Part shown: positions 19,077-28,905 of the stretch, one piece after another
Layout of the letters: the number at the start of each line of letters is the position of its first letter
Position numbering within the stretch: the first letter of the stretch is position 1
Source: Solirubrobacteraceae bacterium
Lineage (GTDB): Bacteria > Actinomycetota > Thermoleophilia > Solirubrobacterales > Solirubrobacteraceae
Assembly (NCBI GenBank): GCA_036513795.1
Contig: DATBYJ010000121.1
Location: 1,190 to 65,189 of the forward strand
Reading direction: 5' to 3'
Length of the DNA stretch: 64,000 nt
Made by a program: the position numbers and the translations under genes
The notes under the pieces: model-generated
What the model saw: only the letters and a program-made list of their open reading frames with translations
Told to the model about the DNA's origin: nothing
The model's database searches: none

Positions 19077-20095
19077 TGCAGCAGCTAACGTACACGGGTC
19101 CAGACGCGCTCGAGTGGAGGGAAGCTCCAGAGCCAAAGCTGAGCTCGGACACGGCGGCGCTAGTACGCCCACGCGCGGTCGCCACGTGCGATCTGGACGC
19201 ACTGATCATCGCGGGCAGCTCGCCGTTCCCACCACCGTTTGCGATCGGCCACGAGTGTGTGGCGGAGGTGCTGGAGGTGGGTGACGCAGTGGCGACGTTC
19301 GCGCCGGGCCAGTTGGTGAGCGTCCCCTTTCAGATCTCCTGCGGGGAGTGCGATGCATGCCGACAGGGACGGACCTCAAACTGCAGAGGCGTGGCCTTCA
19401 TGTCCACCTACGGCTTCGGTCCTGCGGTCGACCGGTGGGGCGGGTTCTTGTCGGATGTGGTGTGCGTGCCCTACGCCGAGCACATGCTCGTGCCTGTGCC
19501 TGTGGGCCTCGAGCCAGCGGCGGTGGCGAGCGCGTCGGACAACATCAGCGACGCCTGGCGCGCGGTGGCGCCAGCAATCGCCGAGCACCCGGGCGCAGCC
19601 GTACTGGTCGTGGGCGGCGCCGGGCCCGGATCGATCGGCCTGTACGCGGCCGGACTGGCGGTGGCGTTGGGGTCGGAGTCGGTGCTGTACGTGGACGCGA
19701 ACGAGTCACGGCGCGATACGGCAGCGAAGCTGGGAGCACAGACGCTCGCGCAGATGCCCAAACGTGTGGGCCCATATGCGGTGACCGTGGACGCGAGCGC
19801 CGATCCTGAGGGCCTTGCACTGGCGCTTCGCTCGACCGCGCCCGACGGCATTTGCACGAGTACTGCGATCTACTTCGGCGAGCAGCCGTCACTCCCCCTG
19901 CTGGAGATGTACACGAAGGGGATCACGTTCAAGACCGGTCGAGCGAACGCTCGACCGGCGATGCCACACGTACTCGAGTTGGCTGCTTCGGGCGCGCTGC
20001 ATCCGGAGCTGGTAACTACGCGCGTGGTCGGTTGGAGCGATGCGGCGGATGCACTGGTGGAGCGAGACTGGACGAAGCTCGTGATCGAGCGCTGA
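19076..20095 (+). CDS. Zinc-dependent alcohol dehydrogenase
   Basis: TCDLD, GHE, CGECDAC...C structural Zn site. Confidence 0.9.
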   Translation: MQQLTYTGPDALEWREAPEPKLSSDTAALVRPRAVATCDLDALIIAGSSPFPPPFAIGHECVAEVLEVGDAVATFAPGQLVSVPFQISCGECDACRQGRTSNCRGVAFMSTYGFGPAVDRWGGFLSDVVCVPYAEHMLVPVPVGLEPAAVASASDNISDAWRAVAPAIAEHPGAAVLVVGGAGPGSIGLYAAGLAVALGSESVLYVDANESRRDTAAKLGAQTLAQMPKRVGPYAVTVDASADPEGLALALRSTAPDGICTSTAIYFGEQPSLPLLEMYTKGITFKTGRANARPAMPHVLELAASGALHPELVTTRVVGWSDAADALVERDWTKLVIER

Positions 20096-20141
20096 GCGCG
20101 GTGGAGCGCCCGCGTAGCCGATCGCCGGGTTCGTGCTTGGG

Positions 20142-20942
20142 CTAGCCACCAACCGGGGCGCGTGCGTTGGTACCCCAGAAGATCTGCGTGCCAAGGGCAT
20201 CGAGCACGTTCACAAGTATGAGGTTCAGCACCATCGACTTTGCGGTCGCCTTGCCCACCCCGACAGGCCCACCGCTGGCGTTGTAACCGTAGTAACACGC
20301 CACCAGCACGATCGCCGTGGCCATCGTCATGCCCTTGATCACGCTGAACAGGTAGTCCGTGGGGTTCTGAAACTGCCAGAAGATCAGCAGATACCCGCCG
20401 CTCGAGGTAAATCCAAGCTGCTCCACGATTGCCAGATATGAGGCCCCAAACGCCACGCCGATCGACGCGACGTACATGAACGGCAACACGATCCATGCGG
20501 CGAGCAGTCGCGTGGCGCACAGGAACACCATCGAGTCCACGCCCATCACCTCGAGCGCGTCGATCTCCTCGGAGATGCGCATCGCGCCCAGCTCAGCCAC
20601 GATCCCCGTGCCCACCTTCGCGGACATCATGTAGCCAAACACCAGCGGCACCGCCTCACGCAGATTGCACCAGGCGGCGAAAAAGCCCGCGTATGCGGGC
20701 GTGCCGGTGGACTCTGTGAAGTAGCCCGCCTGAATCCCGCATGCACCCAGGCCTACGAAGAACACCAGGCCCCAGATCACGGCTGTCGATCCGATGATGA
20801 GGATCCCCGCCTGGCGCAGCGCCTCGCCGAGGAACCTGAACACACGCAGAGTGAACACATCGCGCACGATCTGGCCCGTGAAGCGGGCTATCTCGCCCGT
20901 CGCCGCCAGCCATTCACGCGGCATCGCCAGCAGCTCGCTCAC
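20142..20942 (-). CDS. MlaE/YrbE-B family ABC permease
   Basis: AELGAMRISEEIDALEVMG, ASGGPVGVG. Confidence 0.9.
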   Translation of the reverse strand: MSELLAMPREWLAATGEIARFTGQIVRDVFTLRVFRFLGEALRQAGILIIGSTAVIWGLVFFVGLGACGIQAGYFTESTGTPAYAGFFAAWCNLREAVPLVFGYMMSAKVGTGIVAELGAMRISEEIDALEVMGVDSMVFLCATRLLAAWIVLPFMYVASIGVAFGASYLAIVEQLGFTSSGGYLLIFWQFQNPTDYLFSVIKGMTMATAIVLVACYYGYNASGGPVGVGKATAKSMVLNLILVNVLDALGTQIFWGTNARAPVGG

Positions 20943-20970
20943 CACACCTCCCTGCTGAAACACCCAGGCA

Positions 20971-21795
20971 TCATTTGATCACGAGGATCTGCGGATGCGT
21001 GGCCAGTAGCGTCTGCGTGAACACGTAGTTGAACGCGCCGAACCCTAGGAACGAGATCACTACGGCTTCGTTGACTGCACGCCCTACGCCCTCGGCGCCA
21101 CCGGAGGCGGTCATGCCCTTGTAACAGCAGACAATTGCGATGATCGCCCCGAACACCGTCGTCTTCAGCACCGACCCCCACAGATCGGTCGTGTCCGCGT
21201 TCGAGAACAGCGTTGCCCAGAACGGCCCGAGTGAGCCACCGTTGAAAAGCTCGGCGACGATCCCACCGTAGAACCCGAACAACAGGGCGTAGATGTCGAA
21301 CAATCCCGTCACGACCATCAGCGTGAGGAACCGCGGCACGACCAGGTTCTTGACGGGATCCACGCCCAACACCTGCAGCGCATCGAGCTCCTCACGCACC
21401 TTACGCGCACCCAAATCAGCGGTGATCGCCGTACCGGCAACACCAGCAACCACGATCGCCGTGATGAACGGCCCGATTTCTCGCACCACGATGATCACAA
21501 AGAAGCTGCCCAGACGATCGGGGGCACCGAACAGCCGCAGGAAGTTCGCCGCCTGTAGCCCGGGTGCGCCGTAGTTGATCGCGATGGTTGAGATGAGCAG
21601 CGGGAACCACACGAGGCGCAGCGTGAACAGGAACTGCGCCACCAGTTCCCCGCCGTACGGGTATGGCGGACGCAGAGCAGACCAGAGCGTCCTGCCCGTG
21701 AGGACCATCATGTCCCCGAACTCCTCCAGCATGTGCCTGGCGGGCTGCGACGCCCGCTTCGAGAGCCCCACGGCGGTATCGGCGCCAATCCACAT
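20971..21795 (-). CDS. MlaE/YrbE-A family ABC permease
   Basis: ADLGARKVREELDALQVLGVDPVKNLVVPR, GGAEGVGRAVN; start uncertain. Confidence 0.9.
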   Translation of the reverse strand: MWIGADTAVGLSKRASQPARHMLEEFGDMMVLTGRTLWSALRPPYPYGGELVAQFLFTLRLVWFPLLISTIAINYGAPGLQAANFLRLFGAPDRLGSFFVIIVVREIGPFITAIVVAGVAGTAITADLGARKVREELDALQVLGVDPVKNLVVPRFLTLMVVTGLFDIYALLFGFYGGIVAELFNGGSLGPFWATLFSNADTTDLWGSVLKTTVFGAIIAIVCCYKGMTASGGAEGVGRAVNEAVVISFLGFGAFNYVFTQTLLATHPQILVIK

Positions 21796-21803
21796 ACTTA
21801 TAA

Positions 21804-21823
21804 TGTACTAGTTGACCAGCACA
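21804..21823. promoter_or_regulatory. Putative GntR (YtrA-type) operator
   Basis: TGTACTAG-TTGA-CCAGCACA imperfect palindrome between divergent yrbE and gntR. Confidence 0.5.
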
Positions 21824-21859
21824 CTATGCAACCGTCGTGCTCCGGGCTACAGTTGAGGG

Positions 21860-22588
21860 GTGAGGCGCGAGGCAGCCCAATCGCTTGCCCTGGACATCGC
21901 AGTCGATCGCGATGCCGAGATCCCGATTGGCGTTCAGCTCGCGTGGGCACTGCGGACGCGCATCCGCGAGGGCGCGCTCACGCCAGGCGACAGACTGCCG
22001 GGTCTGCGCGAGGTGGCGCAGGAAACTGGTGTCAACGTCAACACCGTCCGCACGGTCTATCAGCGCCTCGAGCAGGAGGGCCTGATCGACAGCCAGCAGG
22101 GCAGCGGTACATTCGTGGCGTCGACGCCACGGCGCTCCTCCGCGGTGAGCACGATCGCGGCGGACGCGGCCCGCGAAGCACGCGAGACGGGCGTTGACCC
22201 ACGCGAGGTGGCCGCCGCGCTGTACGTCTCGCCCGGCGCCGGCACAAGCGCCCCACCCACAAGCGAGGCCACTGAACGACGTCGCCTGCTCCGAGAGCAG
22301 ATCGAGGCGCTCGAGCGAACGCTGGTGGAGCTCGAAGTCAAACACCCAGGTGTGGCACCCCCAGTCGCGCTCGCTCACTCCCGCGAGAATGCCGGCCCAG
22401 CGCTACTCAATGCCGCCGGACTCGAGCAGGTGCGAGCAGTGCTGCTGCGCCGCCTGTCAGCGGTCCAAACAGCTATTGACGGCATCGGCGCCGAGGAGCT
22501 TCCCGACACCGAGCTTGAGCGCGCGCCGGCAAGCAAACGTGTGCCGAAAGCACGACAGGCCCTGCGCGCGGCACCGGAAGGGGCATGA
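21860..22588 (+). CDS. GntR (YtrA-like) regulator
   Basis: PGDRLPGLREVAQETGVNVNTVRTVYQRLEQEG...GSGTFV. Confidence 0.88.
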   Translation: MRREAAQSLALDIAVDRDAEIPIGVQLAWALRTRIREGALTPGDRLPGLREVAQETGVNVNTVRTVYQRLEQEGLIDSQQGSGTFVASTPRRSSAVSTIAADAAREARETGVDPREVAAALYVSPGAGTSAPPTSEATERRRLLREQIEALERTLVELEVKHPGVAPPVALAHSRENAGPALLNAAGLEQVRAVLLRRLSAVQTAIDGIGAEELPDTELERAPASKRVPKARQALRAAPEGA

Positions 22589-22595
22589 GGCGAAA

Positions 22596-22907
22596 GTGCA
22601 AACGTACTTCCTCGCAATGGAGCTTGGACTGCCCGCGCTGCTGTTGGCGATCGCCCTGGCGGGGGCCGGTCTACACAGGGGTGGCTATTCGCGCCTGCTC
22701 GACTGGAAACCGACGCGCTCCCCCCAGCGAGAAGTCGAACTTGAACTGGGGGAGCTTGACCAGATGCTCAGCGCTCAGAATAGGTATCGCCGCGAGCGCG
22801 GCCTACCTGCTCGCTCGCTCGAAGACGTCAGCCAGCAGGCCTGGGCAAACTACAACCTGTACGGCGAGATGCTCTCGCCGCCCGACGATAGGCGTAACGA
22901 CCAGTAG
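22596..22907 (+). CDS. Small membrane-anchored hypothetical protein
   Basis: N-terminal hydrophobic helix, then LLDWKPTRSP...QMLSAQN; follows gntR. Confidence 0.6.
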   Translation: MQTYFLAMELGLPALLLAIALAGAGLHRGGYSRLLDWKPTRSPQREVELELGELDQMLSAQNRYRRERGLPARSLEDVSQQAWANYNLYGEMLSPPDDRRNDQ

Positions 22908-22916
22908 AAGCGTCTT

Positions 22917-23402
22917 TCAGTAGCCAAGCGTGCCCGTCGTCTGGACGTTGGAGGCGTAGGTGCGTCGATTGATCACGCCGTAGAACCCTGCGTGACCATG
23001 CGCGCGCGAATAGCGTCCGGTGCCATGCGTAACGGTGACGGCGCCTCCGAAGCTATCCCAAACTCCAGTGCCGCGCAGCTTGCTCGATCCACTGCCGCTG
23101 ATCGAGCCGTACTGCGTCGCAATAGTGAACGATGCGTACACGATGACGCCGAGATTGAACTGCACTCGGACGTGTCCGGGGAGGCTGCCTGTCGCCTGTC
23201 CTTCCTCTAGAAGGTCCGAACCCGATTGCCTGACTGAGTGCAGCTGTGCTTTATCGCTGACGTTGAGGGTCCGCGCGGCGTGTGCCGGGAGCCTGGCGGC
23301 CGCTGCGGGACTCGCGGCGTGCGTCTCAAGCACAAGCGCTGCTGCGCAGATCATGAGCGCGAGACCCGCGCCGCGGATTTCCGGCCGATGTGCTCGTGCC
23401 AT
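22917..23402 (-). CDS. Secreted beta-rich protein, dirigent/allene-oxide-cyclase-like (paralog A)
   Basis: Signal peptide; LLEEGQATGSLPG and VTHGTGRYSRAHG; paralog of 45529..46050. Confidence 0.7.
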   Translation of the reverse strand: MARAHRPEIRGAGLALMICAAALVLETHAASPAAAARLPAHAARTLNVSDKAQLHSVRQSGSDLLEEGQATGSLPGHVRVQFNLGVIVYASFTIATQYGSISGSGSSKLRGTGVWDSFGGAVTVTHGTGRYSRAHGHAGFYGVINRRTYASNVQTTGTLGY

Positions 23403-23830
23403 GACGATCTCGCTGCCCCTTCCCACTGATTGGAACCCAATAAGTTAGCGGCTCGCGCTGGCTTGGACGCAATCTGCACCCAGTATTCGCGTCTGCGTAG
23501 TATCCGCAGGGGGTTTCTCGGGGTTGGACGGAGTGGATGTTGGTGCTGTAGTCCCTCTCCTTGAATGTTGTGGCTGACGCATTTATAAGGTCTGCCATGC
23601 CGCCTTAACCACGATAGACCGGCATCGCTGTCCGCGGAACAAGACGTGACTTCTCTGGGGGTTGCCCGCCGTTGCGCGCCAGGTCGACGCTTGGCCAACG
23701 CGCTCAAAAGGATCTGACCGGCTCCTCCTTGGGGACGCGTTAAGTGCTCGCGTGGCCGATCGCCAATGGCCTGCGCGCAGCTTGACAAGTGGCGTGATAG
23801 TGACAACAAGCGACCCATCAAAGGGGACAA

Positions 23831-25240
23831 ATGTCATTTCCAGGAAGCCTGCTCAGCCCCGCCGGACATAGAAGGAACCTCCCGCCGTCGCTGGGACTAT
23901 CACCGATGGTGCAGACGATCGAGGGCGTAATGCAGCCGTTTCGAAGCGTCGAAAGACGTTGGAAGCGGCACGGACGACGCTTCACTATCTACACGGTCAG
24001 CAATCCTCCGCTCGTCGTGATCTCGGATCCTGGGGACATACGAGCGATCGCCACCGCTTCTGCGGAGGATCTGCATTGCGGGGCAGGCGGTGCGCTTATG
24101 GAGCCAGTGCTCGGAGAGAGCGCCTTCATGCTCCACGAGAAAGAGAAGCACACGAGCGGGCGGGACGCGATCATGCCAGCGTTGCACAGCAGGGCCGTTC
24201 AGAGCCACGCCGACATGATCATCGATATCGTGGATCACGAACTCGCATCATGGCCAGCGGACACAGTCTGCACGCTTAGCCAACACGTCTCGAGGTTGAC
24301 TTTGAAGGTCATGCTGATAGCCGCGATCGCTGATCGCGAGGAGGATAGAAGCTCAGTCTCCGAGCTACCTGGCCGCGGAATGCATGTGCACGAGGTTCTG
24401 TGTCAGCGAATGTTGGACATGCTGTCGGTGATGGCCACACCGCTACTGCAGGAGCCACGACTACGTTGCCTGCCCGGATGGCGAGGAGCATGGCGACAGT
24501 TCGAGCAGCACCGCCAGGCGGTAGATGAGATCATCTATGAGCTCATCTCAAGCCGCCGACGCGCTTGCGCGCACCTGGATCGAGGCAATCAGCAAGGCGA
24601 CTTGCTAGGCCTGCTCATTTCCGCCCGTAATCCGGATGGCTCGCCATTGTCAGACAGGCAGGTGCGGGACAACCTCGTATCGGTGGTCATCGCTGGGCAC
24701 GAGACGACCGCCGCGACACTCGCGTGGGCTTTCCAGCTACTCGCACACAATCCAGCAGTACAGGACCGACTGATCGACCAGATCGATCAGGGAACCGACG
24801 ACACGTACATGGACGCGGTGATCCAAGAGGCACTGCGACACAAGCCCGTATTCCTGTTCCTACCCCCGCGAGTCGTCAAGAAGCCAATCAAGATCGGCGG
24901 CTGGGACTACCACCCCCCAGCACAGCTGCTCGCCTGTACCTATCTAATGCACCACGACCCGGAGCTTTACGCCGCCCCCCACAGGTTCATGCCAGAGCGG
25001 TTCCTAACGGAAGCACCCCGGCCAGGGACATTTGTGCCGTGGGGATTGGGACGCAAGCGCTGCCCCGGCCGCCAGTTCGCACTGATGGAGATCCGATCCA
25101 TGCTCCGCCGAGCACTGTCGAGATGGCGGATCCTACCCGCGAGAGATGGTATTGAGCGTCCGCGGTGGCGAACCGTGCTGCTCACACCACACGCCGGATC
25201 AAAAGTCATCCTGCGTACACGCCACCCCGTGAATCACTGA
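23831..25240 (+). CDS. Cytochrome P450 (#1)
   Basis: AGHETT I-helix, EALR, PERF, PWGLGRKRCPG heme Cys. Confidence 0.93.
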   Translation: MSFPGSLLSPAGHRRNLPPSLGLSPMVQTIEGVMQPFRSVERRWKRHGRRFTIYTVSNPPLVVISDPGDIRAIATASAEDLHCGAGGALMEPVLGESAFMLHEKEKHTSGRDAIMPALHSRAVQSHADMIIDIVDHELASWPADTVCTLSQHVSRLTLKVMLIAAIADREEDRSSVSELPGRGMHVHEVLCQRMLDMLSVMATPLLQEPRLRCLPGWRGAWRQFEQHRQAVDEIIYELISSRRRACAHLDRGNQQGDLLGLLISARNPDGSPLSDRQVRDNLVSVVIAGHETTAATLAWAFQLLAHNPAVQDRLIDQIDQGTDDTYMDAVIQEALRHKPVFLFLPPRVVKKPIKIGGWDYHPPAQLLACTYLMHHDPELYAAPHRFMPERFLTEAPRPGTFVPWGLGRKRCPGRQFALMEIRSMLRRALSRWRILPARDGIERPRWRTVLLTPHAGSKVILRTRHPVNH

Positions 25241-25444
25241 CACTCATCTCTCAGTACCCAACTGAATGCGATGAGCCAGAGACACGTGTCACACTATCTA
25301 CTAACCACAGCCCAGACGCGGTCGCACCCTCATGGTCGCGGCCGTCGACTTTCGCACCCGGCCATCAGCCAGTATCGTTCGGTCTAATGGTACAAGCCTG
25401 GTATCGACTGCGGCCGCTCGCGGTGTCACACACGGTGATCTGAG

Positions 25445-26215
25445 ATGCTGAAGCTGCGTGATCTCGTCAAGCACCATCCCACCGGCGGGGGCGAGCCGGT
25501 GCGCGCGGTGGACGGCGTGTCGATGGAGGTCCGCGCGGGGGAAATGGTGGCGCTCTACGGCCCGAGCGGTTCCGGTAAGACGACGCTGCTGACATTGGTC
25601 GCGGCGCTTGTGGCGCCCGACAGCGGGGCCGTGCTGGTCGACGGCCGCGATATCTCCATACTTTCGGACGCTGAGGCGGCGAGCTACCGGCTGCACGAGC
25701 TGGGCTATATCGACCAGGCGTTCGAGCTGTTGCCCGGGGGCGACGTGATCCAGAACGCCGCACTGAAGCTGTGGGTGACAGTCGGCGTGCGCCGCGGCAA
25801 CCGCGAGGTCGCGCCGATGCTGGAGCGACTCGGGCTGGGGGAGCGGCTGTGCCACCGCGCCGACTTGCTTTCGATGGGCGAGCGCCAGCGGGTGATGATC
25901 GCCCGCGCGCTCTCGACCGAACCGAAGCTGCTGCTCGCCGACGAGCCGACCGGCAATCTCGACACGCAGCGCAGCCGTGAGGTGCTCGAGCTGCTCAGGG
26001 AGGTCTGCCGTGAGCGTGGGACTGCGTTGTTGCTTGTCACGCACGACCCGCAGGCGACGGCGTATGCCGACCGTGTGCACGTGCTGCGGGACGGGCGGCT
26101 CGCCGAGGTCGACGCGGACGCCGGACCGCTCACCCCGGCCGTGGCCGCGCTTGCGCCGACGCTGACCGGCGCGATCACGGGGACGCCCTCGGCGCCCTCA
26201 GCGCCGCCCCGATGA
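25445..26215 (+). CDS. ABC transporter ATP-binding protein (LolD/MacB-like)
   Basis: GPSGSGKT, LSMGERQR, LLADEPTGNLD, VTHD. Confidence 0.92.
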   Translation: MLKLRDLVKHHPTGGGEPVRAVDGVSMEVRAGEMVALYGPSGSGKTTLLTLVAALVAPDSGAVLVDGRDISILSDAEAASYRLHELGYIDQAFELLPGGDVIQNAALKLWVTVGVRRGNREVAPMLERLGLGERLCHRADLLSMGERQRVMIARALSTEPKLLLADEPTGNLDTQRSREVLELLREVCRERGTALLLVTHDPQATAYADRVHVLRDGRLAEVDADAGPLTPAVAALAPTLTGAITGTPSAPSAPPR

Positions 26216-28737
26216 GTCTCTACGACGTCGCGTACCTGTATGTCGTGCGCCTGCGCGCGCGTGGCGTGCTCGTGCAGGAGTTGTTTGCGGTGCTCGGCAT
26301 CACCGTCGGGGTCGGGCTGCTATTCGCCTCACAGATCGCGACCGCGAGCTTTGGTGGGTCGGTGGCACAGCTGACCAACGGGGTGATCGGCCAGTCGCAT
26401 TACCAGCTGGAGGCGCGCTCGGCGGCGGGGTTCGGCGAACGGGTGCTCGGCGAAGTGCAGGCGCTGCCAGGTGTGCGGGCAGCGGTGCCCGTGCTCGAAG
26501 CGCAGATCGGTCTGGTCGGTCCGGCGGGCAAGCGTGCGGTCTACCTGCTCGCCACCGACCCGCGCCACGTGCACCTCACCGGCGCCCTGCTGAGTCACTT
26601 CACGCGCGGCCAGCTCGCGGGCCAGCGGGCGATCGTGTTGCCTGCGCCCCTAGCGGAGTCGATCGGAGCGGAACCGCTACAGGTCATCGAAGCGCAGGTC
26701 GGCGCGCGCCTTATACCGACGCTGCTGGGTGCCGTGCTGGAGCCATCGGAGATCGGACCGCTGATCCACAGCCAGGTAGCCATTGCGTCGCTGCGCTACG
26801 CGCAGAACCTCACCGGGATGCAGGGTCGGCTCTCGCGCGTGCTCGTGCAGGTGCGCCCTGGGAGGGACGCCGAAGTGTTGCGGGGTCTACGCCGGATCGC
26901 CGGCGGGCGTCTGAATGTCGAGCCGGCGAACTTTGACACGACGCTGTTCGATGAGGCGGCGATCCCGATTAATGAGTCGGTCAGCGTGTTCGCGGCGATC
27001 TGTGCACTGGTTGGCTTCATGTTCGCCTATTGCGCGGTGCTGCTCACCGCGCACCTACGACGGCGGCTGCTGAGCGAATTGCGCATGCTCGGCGCGCCGC
27101 CGCGCTTGATCGTCAAGGTGCTGCTGTTCGACGCGGCCGCGATCGGCGTCTGCGGCGCGCTGCTCGGCCTCGCGATCGGGGATCTCTTGTCGGAGCTCGT
27201 CTTCAACGCAAGCCCCGAATTTCTCTCCATCGCGTTTCCGGTGGGCTCGCAACAGATCATCACGTGGCAGAGCGTCGTGCTGGCCGTCGTTGCCGGTCTG
27301 CTGGCAGCGGCAATCGGTGTCCTTGTGCCGTTGTGGGACGCACCCACTCATATGCGAGCGCAACCGTCTGCGCCAGGTATGCCGTCTGGCGGTGGCCGCT
27401 CGCTCCGTGGCGGCATCCGCGCGGCCGGGATTGTGTGCTTGGTTGTGACGACCGTCATCGTGTTGGCTGCGCCGGGCTCCTCGGTGATCGCGATCGTGAC
27501 GCTTGTGCTTGCAGCGCTGCTGCTGCTCCCCTCGCTGATCGACGCCGGTATGGGGGTGTTTGAGCGTTTGCAATCGCGGTTTAGCCCGCCGGCGACCGCG
27601 CTCGCGGTCGTTGAGCTGCGCTCAGCCCTGGTGCGCACGCGGGTACTCGCGATCGCCGCGACCGTCGCGGTCGCGGTCGTTGGCGGCGCGATGATCCAGG
27701 GCTCGCGTAGCAACCTGCTGGCGGGCCTCGCGGCGTCCTTCCATACGATCTCCTCGGCCGCGGAGGTATGGGTGTCGCCCGCGACCGGCGACAATCTGTT
27801 TGCGACGATCCCGTTCCACGAGATCCCGCTCGCACCGCTGCGGCGGCTGCCGGGCGTACGTGCTGTAAGCGTCTATCGGGCGAGCTTCCTGAACGTCGGC
27901 GATCGACGCGTGTTTGTGGAGGCACCGCCAGCCACCGTAGCCGGGCCGCTGAGTGCGATCCAGCTCTCAAAAGGCGGCCTCGCGATCGCCGATTCGCGCC
28001 TGCGCAGCGGCGGCTGGGTCGTGCTCTCGACGGCGCTCGCCAACGAACACCATGTCCAGATCGGTCAGCGCTTTACGCTGCCGACCCCGCACCCTATGAC
28101 GTTGCGCGTCGCGGCGCTCAGCACCGACCTGGGCTGGCCGGCGGGTGCGGTGATCGTAAGCCCGGCGGACTACGTCGCGGGGTGGGGCAGCGCCGAACCG
28201 TCGGCCTATAACGTGATGCTCGCGCTCGGCGCCCCACCAGCGAATGTGGCGGCCGAGGTGCACCGCACGCTCGAGCGCATGGGCTATAGGGGTCTCGCTG
28301 TGCAGACCGAGCGCCGCCACGAACAGCTGGAGATTGCCAACGGGCGCCAGGGGCTCGCCCGGCTGACAGGGATGGCGCTGCTGGTCCTGCTCGCCGGGGT
28401 GTTCGCGAGCGCGAGCACGATGAGCGCCGGAATCTGGCAGCGCCGCCGCGCGATCGCACGGCTGAAGGTGCAGGGGCTGGCGCGCAGCCTGCTGTGGCGC
28501 TCACTGGTGTGGGAGAGCACTGTCGTGCTTGGCCTCGGTTGCCTCGTAGGCGCGGCGTTTGGCACCTACGGTCAGCTACTTGTCAGCCACGCGCTGTTGA
28601 TCGTCACAGGCTTTCCAGTCGTGATCTCACTCGCCCTGCCGAACGTCCTCGAGAGCTTCGCCGTCGTGGCGCTTGCGGCAAGTGCGATCGTCGCGCTGTC
28701 AGGCTACCGCGCGACAGCAGTGCAAGCGCAGGCCTGA
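26212..28737 (+). CDS. FtsX/MacB-type ABC permease with duplicated architecture
   Basis: Two TM-extracellular-TM halves; RRRLLSELRMLGA and RRRAIARLKVQG FtsX motifs; ATGA-coupled to the ATPase. Confidence 0.88.
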   Translation: MSLYDVAYLYVVRLRARGVLVQELFAVLGITVGVGLLFASQIATASFGGSVAQLTNGVIGQSHYQLEARSAAGFGERVLGEVQALPGVRAAVPVLEAQIGLVGPAGKRAVYLLATDPRHVHLTGALLSHFTRGQLAGQRAIVLPAPLAESIGAEPLQVIEAQVGARLIPTLLGAVLEPSEIGPLIHSQVAIASLRYAQNLTGMQGRLSRVLVQVRPGRDAEVLRGLRRIAGGRLNVEPANFDTTLFDEAAIPINESVSVFAAICALVGFMFAYCAVLLTAHLRRRLLSELRMLGAPPRLIVKVLLFDAAAIGVCGALLGLAIGDLLSELVFNASPEFLSIAFPVGSQQIITWQSVVLAVVAGLLAAAIGVLVPLWDAPTHMRAQPSAPGMPSGGGRSLRGGIRAAGIVCLVVTTVIVLAAPGSSVIAIVTLVLAALLLLPSLIDAGMGVFERLQSRFSPPATALAVVELRSALVRTRVLAIAATVAVAVVGGAMIQGSRSNLLAGLAASFHTISSAAEVWVSPATGDNLFATIPFHEIPLAPLRRLPGVRAVSVYRASFLNVGDRRVFVEAPPATVAGPLSAIQLSKGGLAIADSRLRSGGWVVLSTALANEHHVQIGQRFTLPTPHPMTLRVAALSTDLGWPAGAVIVSPADYVAGWGSAEPSAYNVMLALGAPPANVAAEVHRTLERMGYRGLAVQTERRHEQLEIANGRQGLARLTGMALLVLLAGVFASASTMSAGIWQRRRAIARLKVQGLARSLLWRSLVWESTVVLGLGCLVGAAFGTYGQLLVSHALLIVTGFPVVISLALPNVLESFAVVALAASAIVALSGYRATAVQAQA

Positions 28738-28905
28738 CGGACAACGTGGCCGCACGGTTCGCGACGGGCGAAGCGCGAAACCGAATGGGAGCGCCCGCTC
28801 ACTCGACCGGGAACGTTCGAGATTGCCCTTCCTTCGGGCTCGGGAGCAACAAGCTGCCGTAAACCGATATTTGGACTTTTCCCTCCCGGTTTTTACCCTT
28901 GAGGA

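Noticed and set aside
23403-23830. Short ORFs in the spacer before P450 #1 as RiPP precursors
   Set aside because: No consistent RBS, leader or core pattern, and no RiPP modifying enzymes nearby
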